64,000 bases of DNA from Chloroflexota bacterium (GCA_965221905.1 OZ244922.1:1312001-1376000), one strand, 5' to 3'; numbered from the stretch's first letter, positions 48,896 to 59,598 are shown. The notes: a model not told the origin generated them from the sequence alone. Program-made: numbers and translations.

Positions 48896-51800
48896 CTATC
48901 GTAAGTCCGCTGGCAGCCCTGCCCGCTTACCGTGGACGCGTTGGGTCTTGAATCGGTTTCGCAAAGGGTAGAGAAGGATCATAAGCCAAATGAAGAGTGC
49001 TGCCAGGGAGATACGCACGCCCCAGCGCCAGGAGGCAGGTTGGTAGGCAAACTCCACGGTGCTGCTGCCCTGCGGAATGGCAACTGCCCGGAATAGTACG
49101 TTGGCTGGGTAGATGGGAGCCGCATCGCCATTCACGGTGGCCTGCCAGCCCGGATAATAGGTATCGGTGAGCAGGAGCCACGCGGGAGCATCGGATTCCA
49201 CACGGATGCGTACGCGCTCCGGCGCGTGGGTTTCGACATCCACGGAACTCTCTTGCGACGACGGATAGGACAGCAACGCCGAGGCATTCTCAAGGACAAC
49301 CTGCATTGCGGGGTCAAAATCCGGGTCTCGCAGGCGCCTAACGGCTTCTTCGGAGTCTGCCACCGTCACTGCACTTCCGACAAGAAACGCGCGCGGCAAG
49401 ACGTTAGGGTTGCGGTAGAGCACGCCGCCGCGCAATCCCTGCTGCTCCATTACGAAGTCAAGCTCGGAGAGGTCCAACGGCGGCGTAGGCCGATACTGCT
49501 TATCCAGCACGATATACTCGACGTTCAGCAGACTAAGCAGCCGCAAGTCATGGAGCGTATCGTAGTCAATGCGGTGATGGTCGGAATAGAAGCCCGTATA
49601 GCCACCGGTAGAAGAAGACGCGGCAAGCGGGTCCAAGCCGTTGACAAGGTGGGCGAACTGCAGGACTCGCAAAGGGTAAAGCGCGTTGTAACCGCGCGCA
49701 TCGGAAAGGCCGTATACCATTGCCGAGTTTGACAGAAAGGTTGTCCGCGGCACGCCGATGATGCGAAAGAGCCGCTCTTCCCGCTGTTCCTGCAAATAGG
49801 CGGTCATTGGCGTAGGAGGATAGAGCGCGGAGACAGGGACGTATGTGTAGAGCGGAGCGGCAAAGCCAGCAAGATCAAGGATTGTAGCCGCGGTCAAGAG
49901 AGCAATGCAGCTGATCGGTATATGCTTGCCCCAGCGGAGCACGAGAAGCAGCGCGCCACCGCTTACCAGCGCCATGGCCACGAACCACATGAGGCTGTCA
50001 CGCAATGCCGAGAGAGCCTTAGGATACTGTTCTGCCATCGGAGCGGGCCACTCTTGTATGGCGAAAGCGATTGTTGCTGCTCCTAGCAAGATAGCTGCAA
50101 AGGCCGCAAACAGTGGCAGTATCCGGCCCGGGGATAGCTTCACGTGGGCGAGCACAGCCTTAGCTCCAAAAGCAGCCATTAGGGCCAACCCAAATTTTGC
50201 CAAGAGCAAGATGCGGCCCTGCTGGGGGAAAAGCTGGTAAGGTGGGAAAATCGTAGCAAGAATCTCAGGCTTCGGCCAAGCCAGGGCTAACAAGAGACCA
50301 ACTATAGTGACCGCTGCACCCCACGCGAGATAACGATTTGGGCGCGTCCACCAGGCCAAGAACGCTAAGGTTAGCGGCAGTAAGCCCACATACAACGATG
50401 TTTGGACCAAGTTACCAGCGCCCCAAATTGTGCCCGAAGGCGGGTAACCTGCAAGTCCCGGTAACAGCAGGAATAGCAATTGCGGGAATTGCAGTGGAAT
50501 ATGAGCCGTGGGCCCTGTAATAGCTGCGCGATGGGACAATTGCGTTAGCTCCAAACTCGGTAGAAGCTGTGCCGCTGCGATGGCTAAGCCCAAGACTGCG
50601 CTGCCCGTGAGAATTCCAAATTGAATAAGCAGCGTGTCCTTGTTCAACTCTTTTCGAATCCAACGTGCTGCCAGCATCCAAGCCGCATAGAGGCCAATTG
50701 CCAGCGAAATGTAAAAGGCCACTTGCGTATTCCCAAGCAATGCCAGCCCGATCGCGCTGGCAATCACAAGCGCTCCCCAGCGGCAATGGCCTCGCAAAGT
50801 TATCTCAATGCCCACCAGTGCCATGGGTAGGAGCCACACCACACTTGCCTGCATGTAGCTGAGAATCAGCCACCAAGTGGCGACTGAGGCAAGCGTAAAC
50901 GTAATCCCTCCTACCAAGGCGGCTCCGCGCGGAAGTTCGATGACGCGCAGAAAGGCGTACATGCTGATGCCGGCCAGTGCCAGGTAAAGCGGAGATACGG
51001 CAGCAATCGCTGCTCCCGGTGGAAGTATGGCAAACAACACGTGTAGAGGCTGGAGCAGTTGCGTGTTGGTAGACTCTGCGAGGAAGGGCGTACCCGCAAA
51101 TACGTAGGGGTTCCATAAAGGTAAGAGGGTGCTGTCTGCAACCCAATGTCGAAAATGGGCGTATGGATACACCTGCCAAAGTGTGTCCGATCCTACGGGA
51201 TTCCGAACCACCGGCGGGCCGTTTGTCAGCAAACCGCCCCAGGGTGGGCCGTAGGGCAGGAGGTCGGCGGGAATCGGCACGCGGCCGGTGAAGATCGGCC
51301 AGAAGAAGAGTAGTGCAATCCCAACGAGAAGGGCAATGGCGAGCAAGTCCTGCACGAATAGAATAGTGCGAGGGTTGAGGGCCGGAATCCTGGAGAATGC
51401 GTTTGCCCAGTGCGGCGCAGACCGATTGAGTATGGCTTCATGGATGACAATGGCTGCTCCAATGGGCACGAAGATTACCGTCCATTGGAGCAGAGGATGA
51501 GAACTGAGGGTGTGATTGAAGCCATCGGAGAGATAGACAAGCACGAGTAACGGCAAAGTGACGGCAAGCGGGATATCGGTTAGAGCGGTGCGCCGCTGAG
51601 CACTGAGCGACGTGCCTGTGGCCCCCATTCCACGCCGCAAGACAGCGATAAATAAAAGGCGTGTTGCTAAGCTAACAAAGATTATTCCGGCGAGCCACAC
51701 CAGCCACCAGCGGCTCAAAGTCAGCGGCGTGGTGCGCCCCAGGAAGAGGGAGAGACACAATGCGGCCCATGCCGAGGTACTGAGGAACCAAGAGGCCCAG

Positions 51801-51898
51801 AGTGAGAGCTTTCTTACGATCTTGCTCTGCAAAACACCTATGATAGAATTCCCTTCCCTTGCCCTGAATTCCTCAAGCCACAGGCACCGATAACCCAT
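48896..51898 (-). CDS. YfhO-family (GT-C fold) membrane glycosyltransferase
   Basis: LPLWNPYVFAGTPFLA, QLLP..EL...S.R, LPRAFLV, LLTDTYYPGW.ATVNG....I.PANV.FRAV..P.G...VEF.YQP; true start uncertain. Confidence 0.85.
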   Translation of the reverse strand: MGYRCLWLEEFRAREGNSIIGVLQSKIVRKLSLWASWFLSTSAWAALCLSLFLGRTTPLTLSRWWLVWLAGIIFVSLATRLLFIAVLRRGMGATGTSLSAQRRTALTDIPLAVTLPLLVLVYLSDGFNHTLSSHPLLQWTVIFVPIGAAIVIHEAILNRSAPHWANAFSRIPALNPRTILFVQDLLAIALLVGIALLFFWPIFTGRVPIPADLLPYGPPWGGLLTNGPPVVRNPVGSDTLWQVYPYAHFRHWVADSTLLPLWNPYVFAGTPFLAESTNTQLLQPLHVLFAILPPGAAIAAVSPLYLALAGISMYAFLRVIELPRGAALVGGITFTLASVATWWLILSYMQASVVWLLPMALVGIEITLRGHCRWGALVIASAIGLALLGNTQVAFYISLAIGLYAAWMLAARWIRKELNKDTLLIQFGILTGSAVLGLAIAAAQLLPSLELTQLSHRAAITGPTAHIPLQFPQLLFLLLPGLAGYPPSGTIWGAGNLVQTSLYVGLLPLTLAFLAWWTRPNRYLAWGAAVTIVGLLLALAWPKPEILATIFPPYQLFPQQGRILLLAKFGLALMAAFGAKAVLAHVKLSPGRILPLFAAFAAILLGAATIAFAIQEWPAPMAEQYPKALSALRDSLMWFVAMALVSGGALLLVLRWGKHIPISCIALLTAATILDLAGFAAPLYTYVPVSALYPPTPMTAYLQEQREERLFRIIGVPRTTFLSNSAMVYGLSDARGYNALYPLRVLQFAHLVNGLDPLAASSSTGGYTGFYSDHHRIDYDTLHDLRLLSLLNVEYIVLDKQYRPTPPLDLSELDFVMEQQGLRGGVLYRNPNVLPRAFLVGSAVTVADSEEAVRRLRDPDFDPAMQVVLENASALLSYPSSQESSVDVETHAPERVRIRVESDAPAWLLLTDTYYPGWQATVNGDAAPIYPANVLFRAVAIPQGSSTVEFAYQPASWRWGVRISLAALFIWLMILLYPLRNRFKTQRVHGKRAGLPADLR

Positions 51899-52302
51899 CG
51901 CTTCGGCACTTCATCTGACCTTGAAACGGTAGCACACATCGCGGCTGTGGCGAACGCCGGCAGCTTGCATCAGGGCTGTGACAGCAATGAGCGTTAGGCG
52001 GCAACTTAGATAATGGCGCAGTTGGCGCACAGTGGCGGGAGTGCCAATTCGCGAATTGCAGGTGTAGAATGACTGCTCTGTCAAGCTTTTGCAGTCGCTA
52101 GCGTGCTCCTCGTGCACGTGCAGGCATCTTACGTGACATTATTCACAATGTTCGTTATAATGCTCCAGTTGCCAATATGTTGGCGAGGGTTGACTTCTCT
52201 AATTGTCAGGGCTTCTGCACTAATGGCGACCTTGGTCTGCTGGGAGTTGCAGCAAGCGGAAGGCACAATAGCGAAGTACGTGCCGAGGAGGCGAAACAAC
52301 CA

Positions 52303-53385
52303 GTGATTCCGGTCGCACGAAAAGCCGTCCAGGAAATGTCGCCATATGTGCCTGGGGAGCAGCCCCAGGGACCGGGGTGGACGAAGCTCAATACGAATGA
52401 GAATCCGCACACCTCGCCAAAGGCACTGGCGGCGCTGGAAGGCCAAGCCAATCAGGCCCTTTCACGGTATCCCGATCCCCTGGCGCGAGACCTGCGCCAC
52501 AAGCTGGCAGAGATTTATGAGCTTGACGTCGAGTGGATCTATGTTGATAACGGCTCGGACCAAATCCTCAATCTGATCTTTCGCGCCTACGTTGACCGAG
52601 GGCAAACCGTAGCGTACACGTTCCCCACCTATCCTTACTATGAAGTTTGGGCGCACATGCAGGATGCCGTAATCAAAACCGTTGAGCCGGGCCCCGACTT
52701 TGCGGTGCCTATCGATGCGTTGGCAGCGGAGCAAGCGACGTTGACGGCGCTCTCAAACCCCAATTCGCCGACGGGGACGTATACGCCTCCCTCTGAGATA
52801 GAGCGATTGGCGCAGCAGTGTGCCGGTCTGCTGGTGGTAGACGAGGCCTACGTTGATTTTGCTTCAGCGTCTGCGTTGCCCTTGGTGCGGCAGTATGACA
52901 ACATTATTGTGTCGCGGAGCATGTCCAAGTCTTTCGGTCTCGCCGGAGTCCGCGTTGGGTACGCGTTTGCGCGACCCGAGCTCTTGGAACCCTTGTGGAA
53001 GCTCAGAGATTCATATAGCGTCAGCCGACCCAGCCAGGCGATTGCGGTTGCAACGCTGGAAGACTACGATTGGATGCGGGCAGTTTGCGCTGAAATTGGC
53101 GCGCGACGCGAGCGCGTAGCCGCCAGGTTGGCGCAGGAATTTCCCTGCAAAGTTTACCCCTCTGACGCGAATTTTCTCTTTGTCGAGCCAACGCAACACG
53201 CGGCAGTGGACGTATTCGAAGCATTGAAGGCGCAGAAGGTGCTGGTGCGTTACTTCCGTCAACACGGTTTGGAGCGTTTTTTGCGTATTACTATTGGAAC
53301 CGAAGAGGAAATGGAGTCATTCTTCAGCGGCTTGAGCGAGGTGTTGAGGCAGAGCAACGTGCCAACGACGGGAGGTACACAGTAA
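52303..53385 (+). CDS. hisC: Histidinol-phosphate aminotransferase
   Basis: YVPGEQP, KLNTNENP, RYPD, NGSD, NPNSPTG, VDEAYVDF, RSMSKSFGLAG.RVGY; GTG after GAGGAGG. Confidence 0.93.
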   Translation: MIPVARKAVQEMSPYVPGEQPQGPGWTKLNTNENPHTSPKALAALEGQANQALSRYPDPLARDLRHKLAEIYELDVEWIYVDNGSDQILNLIFRAYVDRGQTVAYTFPTYPYYEVWAHMQDAVIKTVEPGPDFAVPIDALAAEQATLTALSNPNSPTGTYTPPSEIERLAQQCAGLLVVDEAYVDFASASALPLVRQYDNIIVSRSMSKSFGLAGVRVGYAFARPELLEPLWKLRDSYSVSRPSQAIAVATLEDYDWMRAVCAEIGARRERVAARLAQEFPCKVYPSDANFLFVEPTQHAAVDVFEALKAQKVLVRYFRQHGLERFLRITIGTEEEMESFFSGLSEVLRQSNVPTTGGTQ

Positions 53386-53386
53386 C

Positions 53387-55498
53387 GTGGAACTAGTCTG
53401 GGCAGTCCCTATTGCCAGTATTATCTCGGTTATTTTCGCTATTTGGCTAGCGTACGATGTGTTGCGCCGCGACCGGGGTACCGAACAGATGCAGGAAATC
53501 GCGGGCATGATCTTCGAAGGCGCTACCGCATTTCTCAATCGGCAATACCGCACGATCGCGATTTTGGCGATTGTGGCGGCGATTGTGATTGGCGCCATTG
53601 TCGGTTATTTCTCATCTGACACTACGCTCGGCATCAAGACCTCAGCGGCTTTTCTGGTGGGCGCGATATGTTCGGGCCTCTCCGGTTTCGTCGGCATGTA
53701 CATTGCCGTACAGGCGAACGGACGTGCTGCTAGCGCCGCTCGTTCGAGCTTGGAAGAAGCGCTGAAGGTCTCACTGCGCGGCGGCGCTGTTTCCGGTTTC
53801 CTCGTCGTGGCGCTGAGTCTTATCGGCGTCGGCGCAATGCTGTTGATCTACGGCGGCACTGACCTCACGCCGGAGAATTCGGTTGCGGTCGTGAGCAGTA
53901 TCGTTGGTTTTGGCTTTGGCGCTAGCTTCGTGGCGCTTTTTGCCCAGCTTGGCGGCGGTATCTTCACTAAGGCTGCCGACGTGGGCGCGGACTTGGTCGG
54001 TAAGGTTGAGCAAGGAATTCCCGAAGACGACCCGCGCAATGCGGCGGTGATTGCTGACTTGGTAGGCGATAACGTGGGCGATTGCGCCGGTCGCGGCGCG
54101 GACCTTTTCGAGTCGACGGCTGCCGAGAATATCGGGGCGATGATCCTCGGGGCGAGCCTTGCGGTTGCTACCAATAATCTAGCCTGGGTGCTCTTCCCGC
54201 TGATCGTGCGCGCATTTGGGTTGGTTGCCTCTATTGTGGGTATCTTCCTGGCGCGTGGCGCCAATCCCGATAATCCGATGTCGGCCCTCAATAAGGGCTA
54301 CTACGTGATTACCGGGCTCTCGATTATCTTCATGTTCGTCTCGGTGCACTATCTGCTGGAAGACCTCATGTTCTTTTGGGCAGGGACGGTAGGCATCTTG
54401 ACCAGCCTAGCCTTTGTGTACATCACCCAGTACTATACGTCCGGCAATTGGCGTCCGGTGAAGGAAATTGCGGAAGCTTCCCGTACCGGGCCGGCCACGA
54501 ATATCATTAGCGGGTTTGCCCTCGGCCTGGAGACAACCGCCACGTCGGTGCTCGCGATTGTCTTGGCGCTGGGTCTTTCCTTTTGGCTCGGCACGATGGC
54601 CGAAGTGGAAGGTGTGAGCTCGTCGGTGAAGGGCATCTATGCGACGGCGGTGGCGACGATGGGCATGCTCATGAGCGCTGCCTACGTGCTCTCGATGGAT
54701 ACCTTCGGGCCGATTACCGACAATGCAGGCGGCATTACCGCGATGTCGGACGCGCCGGAAGAGGCTCGCGCGATTACGGACCAGCTCGACTCGGTAGGAA
54801 ACACCACCAAGGCGCTCACCAAAGGCTACGCCATCGGCTCTGCCGGTCTGGCGGCCTTCCTCCTCTTCCAAGCGTTTCTCGATGAGGTGCGGTTCGAGTT
54901 GAACCTCCCGTATGAGGCCGTACAAGTGGACTTGGTGAAGGTCGAGGTCTTCATTGGCGGTTTCATCGGGGCGATGGTCGTCTTCCTCTTTAGCTCGCTG
55001 GCGATTCGCGCCGTGGGGCGCGCGGCGAGCGATATCATCGAGGAAGTCCGTCGTCAGTTCGCGGAGAACCCCGGCATTATGGAAGGCACGGTGCGGCCCG
55101 ACTATGCCCGCTGCGTGGATATTACTACCCGCTCGGCCCTCCGACAGATGATTCTCCCCGGCGTCTTGGCAATTTCGGCCCCGATCATCGTTGGCGTCGC
55201 CTTGCGCTGGGAGGCGGAAGCGGCGTTCCTCATGGTAGGTACGATGTCCGGTATCATCCTGGCGACAGTCCTCAATAACGGCGGCGGCGCGTGGGATAAT
55301 GCCAAGAAATACATTGAGGCGGGCAATCTGAAGGACGCTGATGGCAACGTGATCGGCAAGAATTCGGTGGCGCACCTTGCGGCTGTTGTCGGCGATACCG
55401 TTGGCGACCCCCTCAAGGACACGGCCGGACCGTCCCTCCACGTGCTTATCAAGCTCTTCTCCACGATTACGCTCGTGTTGGCGCCGCTGTTTATCTAA
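53387..55498 (+). CDS. hppA: Membrane H+-translocating pyrophosphatase, probably K+-independent
   Basis: GGGIFTKAADVGADLVGKVE, EDDPRN, DNVGDCAG, GNTTKALTK (Lys signature), GDTVGDP.KDT.GPSL. Confidence 0.93.
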   Translation: MELVWAVPIASIISVIFAIWLAYDVLRRDRGTEQMQEIAGMIFEGATAFLNRQYRTIAILAIVAAIVIGAIVGYFSSDTTLGIKTSAAFLVGAICSGLSGFVGMYIAVQANGRAASAARSSLEEALKVSLRGGAVSGFLVVALSLIGVGAMLLIYGGTDLTPENSVAVVSSIVGFGFGASFVALFAQLGGGIFTKAADVGADLVGKVEQGIPEDDPRNAAVIADLVGDNVGDCAGRGADLFESTAAENIGAMILGASLAVATNNLAWVLFPLIVRAFGLVASIVGIFLARGANPDNPMSALNKGYYVITGLSIIFMFVSVHYLLEDLMFFWAGTVGILTSLAFVYITQYYTSGNWRPVKEIAEASRTGPATNIISGFALGLETTATSVLAIVLALGLSFWLGTMAEVEGVSSSVKGIYATAVATMGMLMSAAYVLSMDTFGPITDNAGGITAMSDAPEEARAITDQLDSVGNTTKALTKGYAIGSAGLAAFLLFQAFLDEVRFELNLPYEAVQVDLVKVEVFIGGFIGAMVVFLFSSLAIRAVGRAASDIIEEVRRQFAENPGIMEGTVRPDYARCVDITTRSALRQMILPGVLAISAPIIVGVALRWEAEAAFLMVGTMSGIILATVLNNGGGAWDNAKKYIEAGNLKDADGNVIGKNSVAHLAAVVGDTVGDPLKDTAGPSLHVLIKLFSTITLVLAPLFI

Positions 55499-55664
55499 GG
55501 GTGCAGGATTGCGTGTAGCGTCGCCGACAATAGAATCGAGATTTTGTAGGGGCGGTTCGCTCGTGTTGGCGCCGCTGTTTATCTAGGGGTGCAGGATTGC
55601 TCGTAGCGTCGTCGCTGACAATAGAATCGAGATTGAGTAGGGGCGGTTCGCGAACCGCCCCTAC
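55470..55664 (+). repeat. 88 bp tandem duplication of the hppA 3' end plus a perfect 28 bp GTAG...CTAC palindrome
   Basis: cgctcgtgttggcgccgctgtttatcta... at 55470 and 55558; gtaggggcggttcgcgaaccgcccctac at 55637-55664. Confidence 0.85.
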
Positions 55665-55708
55665 ATTTCATTTACGATTGTTGGTCACTAGTGAATCGCT
55701 GAGATAGA

Positions 55709-57268
55709 TTGCCAATGCCTGAGCTTTTCTTTTACGGCGGCAGCAACGAGATAGGGGGCAACAAGATCCTGCTCGTTGACGGCGCCACACGCCTCTTCTT
55801 TGACTTCGGCATTTCTTTCAAGGCGCGGGGGAAATACTTCGAAGAGTTTTTGAATCCCCGTGCAGGCTATGGTTTGAACGACTTCTTCCAGACCGGAATG
55901 TTGCCGCCATTGCAGGGCATCTACCGGCCCGATCTGGAACCGGACGCCGACTTTTGGGTGCGTTGGCAGTCTGAGCCGCTCTCCCGCACGCTCGACCATG
56001 TGGATGGCGTGCTGCTGAGCCACGCTCACGTGGACCACACCGGTTCGGTCTCTTTCCTACGCCCCGACATTCCGCTCTACACCACGGCCCTTACGGCACT
56101 TATCTCCAAAGCGATCCAGGATAGCGGGCCGTCCGACATGGAGCGGGAAATGGCATATGCCGTCCCGCGCGAGAGCAAGGATGGCGTGCTGCAAACTATG
56201 CGGGGAGCGCCTCTGCAGCAGCGTCCGCTGCGCGTGCTCTCGGGGCCGCTTTCGCTAGAAGCGGAGAGGTTTTGGCACGAGTCTCCTCAAGCGCGGAGAG
56301 GCATGGCGGCAACGCCCGTGGAACCGGCAGGCGATACAATCGGTGCGGGCAACGCCTTGCGCTGGTTTCCGGTGGACCACTCCATCTATGGCGCGGCGGC
56401 GTTTGCCGTGGAGACTACCGCCGGTTGGGTGGCGTATACCGGCGACTTGCGCTTGCACGGTCTGCATGGCCAGCAGACACAAGAGGCGGTGGCGGCGCTG
56501 GCGGCGCTCAAGCCGACGGTCTTGCTCTGCGAAGGGACGCGCGGAGCGGAAAGTGCTCCCACATCCGAACAAGATGTCTACGAAACTGCAGCCGAGATAG
56601 TAAGGCAAGCGAGGGGCAAGCTGGTCTTTGCCGACTTCGGCCCGCGCAACGTGGAACGGCTCCTCATCTTTCACAAGATTGCGCGGGAGACCGGTCGACG
56701 CTTGGCCGTACTCAATAAGGACGCATACCTCCTGGAGGCGATGCACTATGCCGCGCCCGATGAGGTACCCGACTTTGGCACGGCACCGAACTTTGCCCTT
56801 TACCAGAAGGGTCGCGCTCGCGTCAGCGGCTGGGAGAAGAAGCTCCTGGAGCGGCATAACGCCCTGCTCGTGGATGCGGAAGAGGTGCGCAACAGTCCCG
56901 GTGACTATATTCTCTGTTTCTCGTTCTGGGACATCAACGAGTTGGCGAGCCTTGCGCCGGTACCGGCGGTCTACATCTACTCCAGCAGCGAGGCCTTCAA
57001 TGAGGAAATGGCGATCGACCACCAGCGGCTGGGTCATTGGCTGAAGCATTTCGGCGTGGAGTCTCACGGTTTGGGCGAAACGCAGGACGACCCATTGCAC
57101 GCCTCCGGCCACGCCAGCGGCACCGAGTTGCTCGACATAATCTGCCAGATCCGCCCCCAGCAACTCGTTCCCATCCACACCCAAGACCCCACGTTCTTTC
57201 TGGACGCCCTAGCGCACGACGACATCGAGGTAGTTCTGCCCACGCCCTATCGACCATTGCGGTTCTGA
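55709..57268 (+). CDS. MBL-fold/beta-CASP metallo-hydrolase (RNase J-like exonuclease)
   Basis: GGSNEIGGN, FDFG, LSHAHVDH, VDHS, YTGDLRLHG, CEGT, HASGHA, PIHT. Confidence 0.85.
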   Translation: MPMPELFFYGGSNEIGGNKILLVDGATRLFFDFGISFKARGKYFEEFLNPRAGYGLNDFFQTGMLPPLQGIYRPDLEPDADFWVRWQSEPLSRTLDHVDGVLLSHAHVDHTGSVSFLRPDIPLYTTALTALISKAIQDSGPSDMEREMAYAVPRESKDGVLQTMRGAPLQQRPLRVLSGPLSLEAERFWHESPQARRGMAATPVEPAGDTIGAGNALRWFPVDHSIYGAAAFAVETTAGWVAYTGDLRLHGLHGQQTQEAVAALAALKPTVLLCEGTRGAESAPTSEQDVYETAAEIVRQARGKLVFADFGPRNVERLLIFHKIARETGRRLAVLNKDAYLLEAMHYAAPDEVPDFGTAPNFALYQKGRARVSGWEKKLLERHNALLVDAEEVRNSPGDYILCFSFWDINELASLAPVPAVYIYSSSEAFNEEMAIDHQRLGHWLKHFGVESHGLGETQDDPLHASGHASGTELLDIICQIRPQQLVPIHTQDPTFFLDALAHDDIEVVLPTPYRPLRF

Positions 57269-57424
57269 GAGAGACCGTGCGCCTGGTGGCTACGTCCAGC
57301 GCGCAGGCGGTGTAGGTGGGTACCGCGCGTTGCCCTCACTACCGTATTGGTTCACGCTTTTCGCCTCTTGCCATGGTACGCTAAGAGCTACGATACGTTA
57401 ATAACTGTGGCAGGAGCGGGGAAA

Positions 57425-58231
57425 ATGGAAGAGAAGACAATCTGGCGCAGTCCTGAAGCCCTGGTTACGATTGGGTTTCAGCGCGCTACCGTCGTGATGA
57501 TGAATGAGGCTCACGACGGCTATCAGCGGTGTATCCGCACGAGGGAGATCGGCCGGCGCATCTTGCCCGCGGCCCATCAGGCCGGTGTGTGCCACCTTGC
57601 CATGGAGGCACTGATGCCATACTCGTTTGCCGCTGAGGCCAACCGGACGCGGCGGCTACCGGCTCTGCCTGTAGAAGGTTACTTGTGCCAACCGGAGATG
57701 CGGCTCTTCATGCAAGCGGCGCTCGACCGCGGTTGGACTCTGGTTCCTTATGAGGCAGACTATGAGGCGCATCCTGCAGAACTCAAGAAGTTTGAGAGTA
57801 GCAACTTGAACGAAGAGCAGCAGGCACACAGCCTTAGCAACGCTCTCATGGAGAGGCTCAATTGGCGCGAAGACCAGCAGGCGCGCACCATCGCCAACAC
57901 TCTTGATGCACTACCGGCAGGAGCTAGACTCCTTGTCTGGTGTGGCTGGAGCCATCATGCGAAATCCGCCTTCGGGAGACATCTATCCATGGGGTACCGG
58001 TTTCGCGAACTGAGTGGAATTGATCATTTTGCGATCGATCAGGTTGTTACCGTTGACGTAAGTGCTGAGGGTTCACCGAAGGGGCCGCATCTGGCGGAGC
58101 AATATGCATCGGAACTGGCAGCATACGGCGGCACGGCAGGGTTTCTCACGGAGGAATCTCCCGTCTCCTTCCTGCGCAACCGCGAGGATCACGACGCGTT
58201 CATTTTGTCCACGCAGAATGAAATGGTCTGA
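57425..58231 (+). CDS. Hypothetical protein, possibly EreA/ChaN-like hydrolase fold
   Basis: VVMMNEAH, LAMEAL, REDQQA, LVWCGWSH pattern; GGAG RBS. Confidence 0.55.
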   Translation: MEEKTIWRSPEALVTIGFQRATVVMMNEAHDGYQRCIRTREIGRRILPAAHQAGVCHLAMEALMPYSFAAEANRTRRLPALPVEGYLCQPEMRLFMQAALDRGWTLVPYEADYEAHPAELKKFESSNLNEEQQAHSLSNALMERLNWREDQQARTIANTLDALPAGARLLVWCGWSHHAKSAFGRHLSMGYRFRELSGIDHFAIDQVVTVDVSAEGSPKGPHLAEQYASELAAYGGTAGFLTEESPVSFLRNREDHDAFILSTQNEMV

Positions 58232-58253
58232 GGCCCGTTTACTTCCTCTGTGC

Positions 58254-59162
58254 CTACCGTCCAAACACCTCGAAGACAATTGTCGTGCTGAAGCCTATGC
58301 CATCGATTTGAACACCGTAGCAGCCCGGCGCCCGTACGACGACCCATGTAAAGAGTTCTTCCCACCAGCCTGAACCCCGTGTATCGAGACGGTTACCGGT
58401 GGTGTACGCGGGAAAATGCAGCGACGAATGAGCCAACTCCGGCGCCGGGTGGCCGTCTCCCATCCGCTGGAAGCGCAGGGATTCCGGGCCGTTCAATTGG
58501 CGGCCGCGGATCACAATAGGGCCGGTGTACTGCGGGTCGCGGGTCCATACCACTTTGTTCCAGTACCACCCGTCGTGCGCGTAAAGGGCGGACCAGTTAA
58601 TGCTCATGCTCGTCAGATAAGGTAAGCTATAGACGGGACCCTCTCCCATGACTTGATACAGATAGCCCTCCACCGAGCGAATGGGAGTTTCCGCACAGGC
58701 GTCACCCGGCTCAAGAACCGGCAGTTGCAGCGGACGCTGCTCCAACGCGAGAACTATCGCATTCCAATTGGTTGGTTCGTCACAATTCCCGTACCGGCGG
58801 CACTCTCGCGCAAGGCGTTCCAGCATATCCGGTGCAGTCGGAGCCACGGCCGTGGCAGTTGCAAGGAGCTGGGCTTTAGACTCTACGGTCGGCGTAGCCG
58901 TTGGCGCTCCAGGATGCACAGTAACGCTACAGGCCGCGAGCAGCAGCAGGTAAACACCCGCAATCACTAGCGGGCGGACTATGCGGACGTGACGGGATCG
59001 CCAGGGCTTTTCCGATGTTGATCCGTCAATCCGGCGAATGCCGGAATCCAGGGCTCGGCGCAGCAATTGCGTCTTCGATTCCCGCTTACCTGGAAACAAT
59101 GAGCGTTTGCAAACATTCAGCAGTGACCAAATAGGTAAAGCCATGAGAAACTCCGTGTGCAC
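58254..59162 (-). CDS. Hypothetical lipoprotein (true start probably near 58970-58990)
   Basis: LLLLAAC lipobox, Thr/Pro linker, KVVW..DP.Y.GP..IRG..L.G...LRF, RAPGCYG.QIDG. Confidence 0.6.
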   Translation of the reverse strand: MHTEFLMALPIWSLLNVCKRSLFPGKRESKTQLLRRALDSGIRRIDGSTSEKPWRSRHVRIVRPLVIAGVYLLLLAACSVTVHPGAPTATPTVESKAQLLATATAVAPTAPDMLERLARECRRYGNCDEPTNWNAIVLALEQRPLQLPVLEPGDACAETPIRSVEGYLYQVMGEGPVYSLPYLTSMSINWSALYAHDGWYWNKVVWTRDPQYTGPIVIRGRQLNGPESLRFQRMGDGHPAPELAHSSLHFPAYTTGNRLDTRGSGWWEELFTWVVVRAPGCYGVQIDGIGFSTTIVFEVFGR

Positions 59163-59241
59163 ACACCCTTTTTGTCAGTATACTTGACCAGACAGGTAGA
59201 GCACGTGTTTATTTGAGAAGTACAAGGCAATAGGCCTTCGC

Positions 59242-59598
59242 ATGACGCGTATCCTCCACATCACGCAACGTGCCGCTTGGGAAGCGGCGCGGCAGGCAGG
59301 CAGCTACCCTGTACCGCCACTTGCCCCGCAGGGGTTCATCCACTGCTCCCGGCCCGATCAGGTGATTAGAGTGGCGGATACTGTGTTTCGCGGCCGGCCG
59401 GACCTGGTACTCTTGTGCATCGCCGTAGATTGTTTGACTGCGCCGCTGGATCCAGATGGCTTAGCGGAGGGTGAGGAGGATTTCCCCCACATCCATGGCC
59501 AAATCAACTTGGATGCAGTGGTTGAGGTGCTAGACTTTCCGCCAAATGAGGACGGTACGTTCGCTCTGCCAAAATCAGTCAGCGAGTTGGATGATTAG
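59242..59598 (+). CDS. DUF952 domain protein
   Basis: ILHI....W..A...G.Y, GFIHCS...Q, FPHI.G.IN.DAV. Confidence 0.88.
   Translation: MTRILHITQRAAWEAARQAGSYPVPPLAPQGFIHCSRPDQVIRVADTVFRGRPDLVLLCIAVDCLTAPLDPDGLAEGEEDFPHIHGQINLDAVVEVLDFPPNEDGTFALPKSVSELDD

Noticed and set aside
54407-57184. Long antisense ORFs (344 aa and 309 aa) and similar ones elsewhere in the window
   Set aside because: Shadow frames of well-supported GC-rich genes
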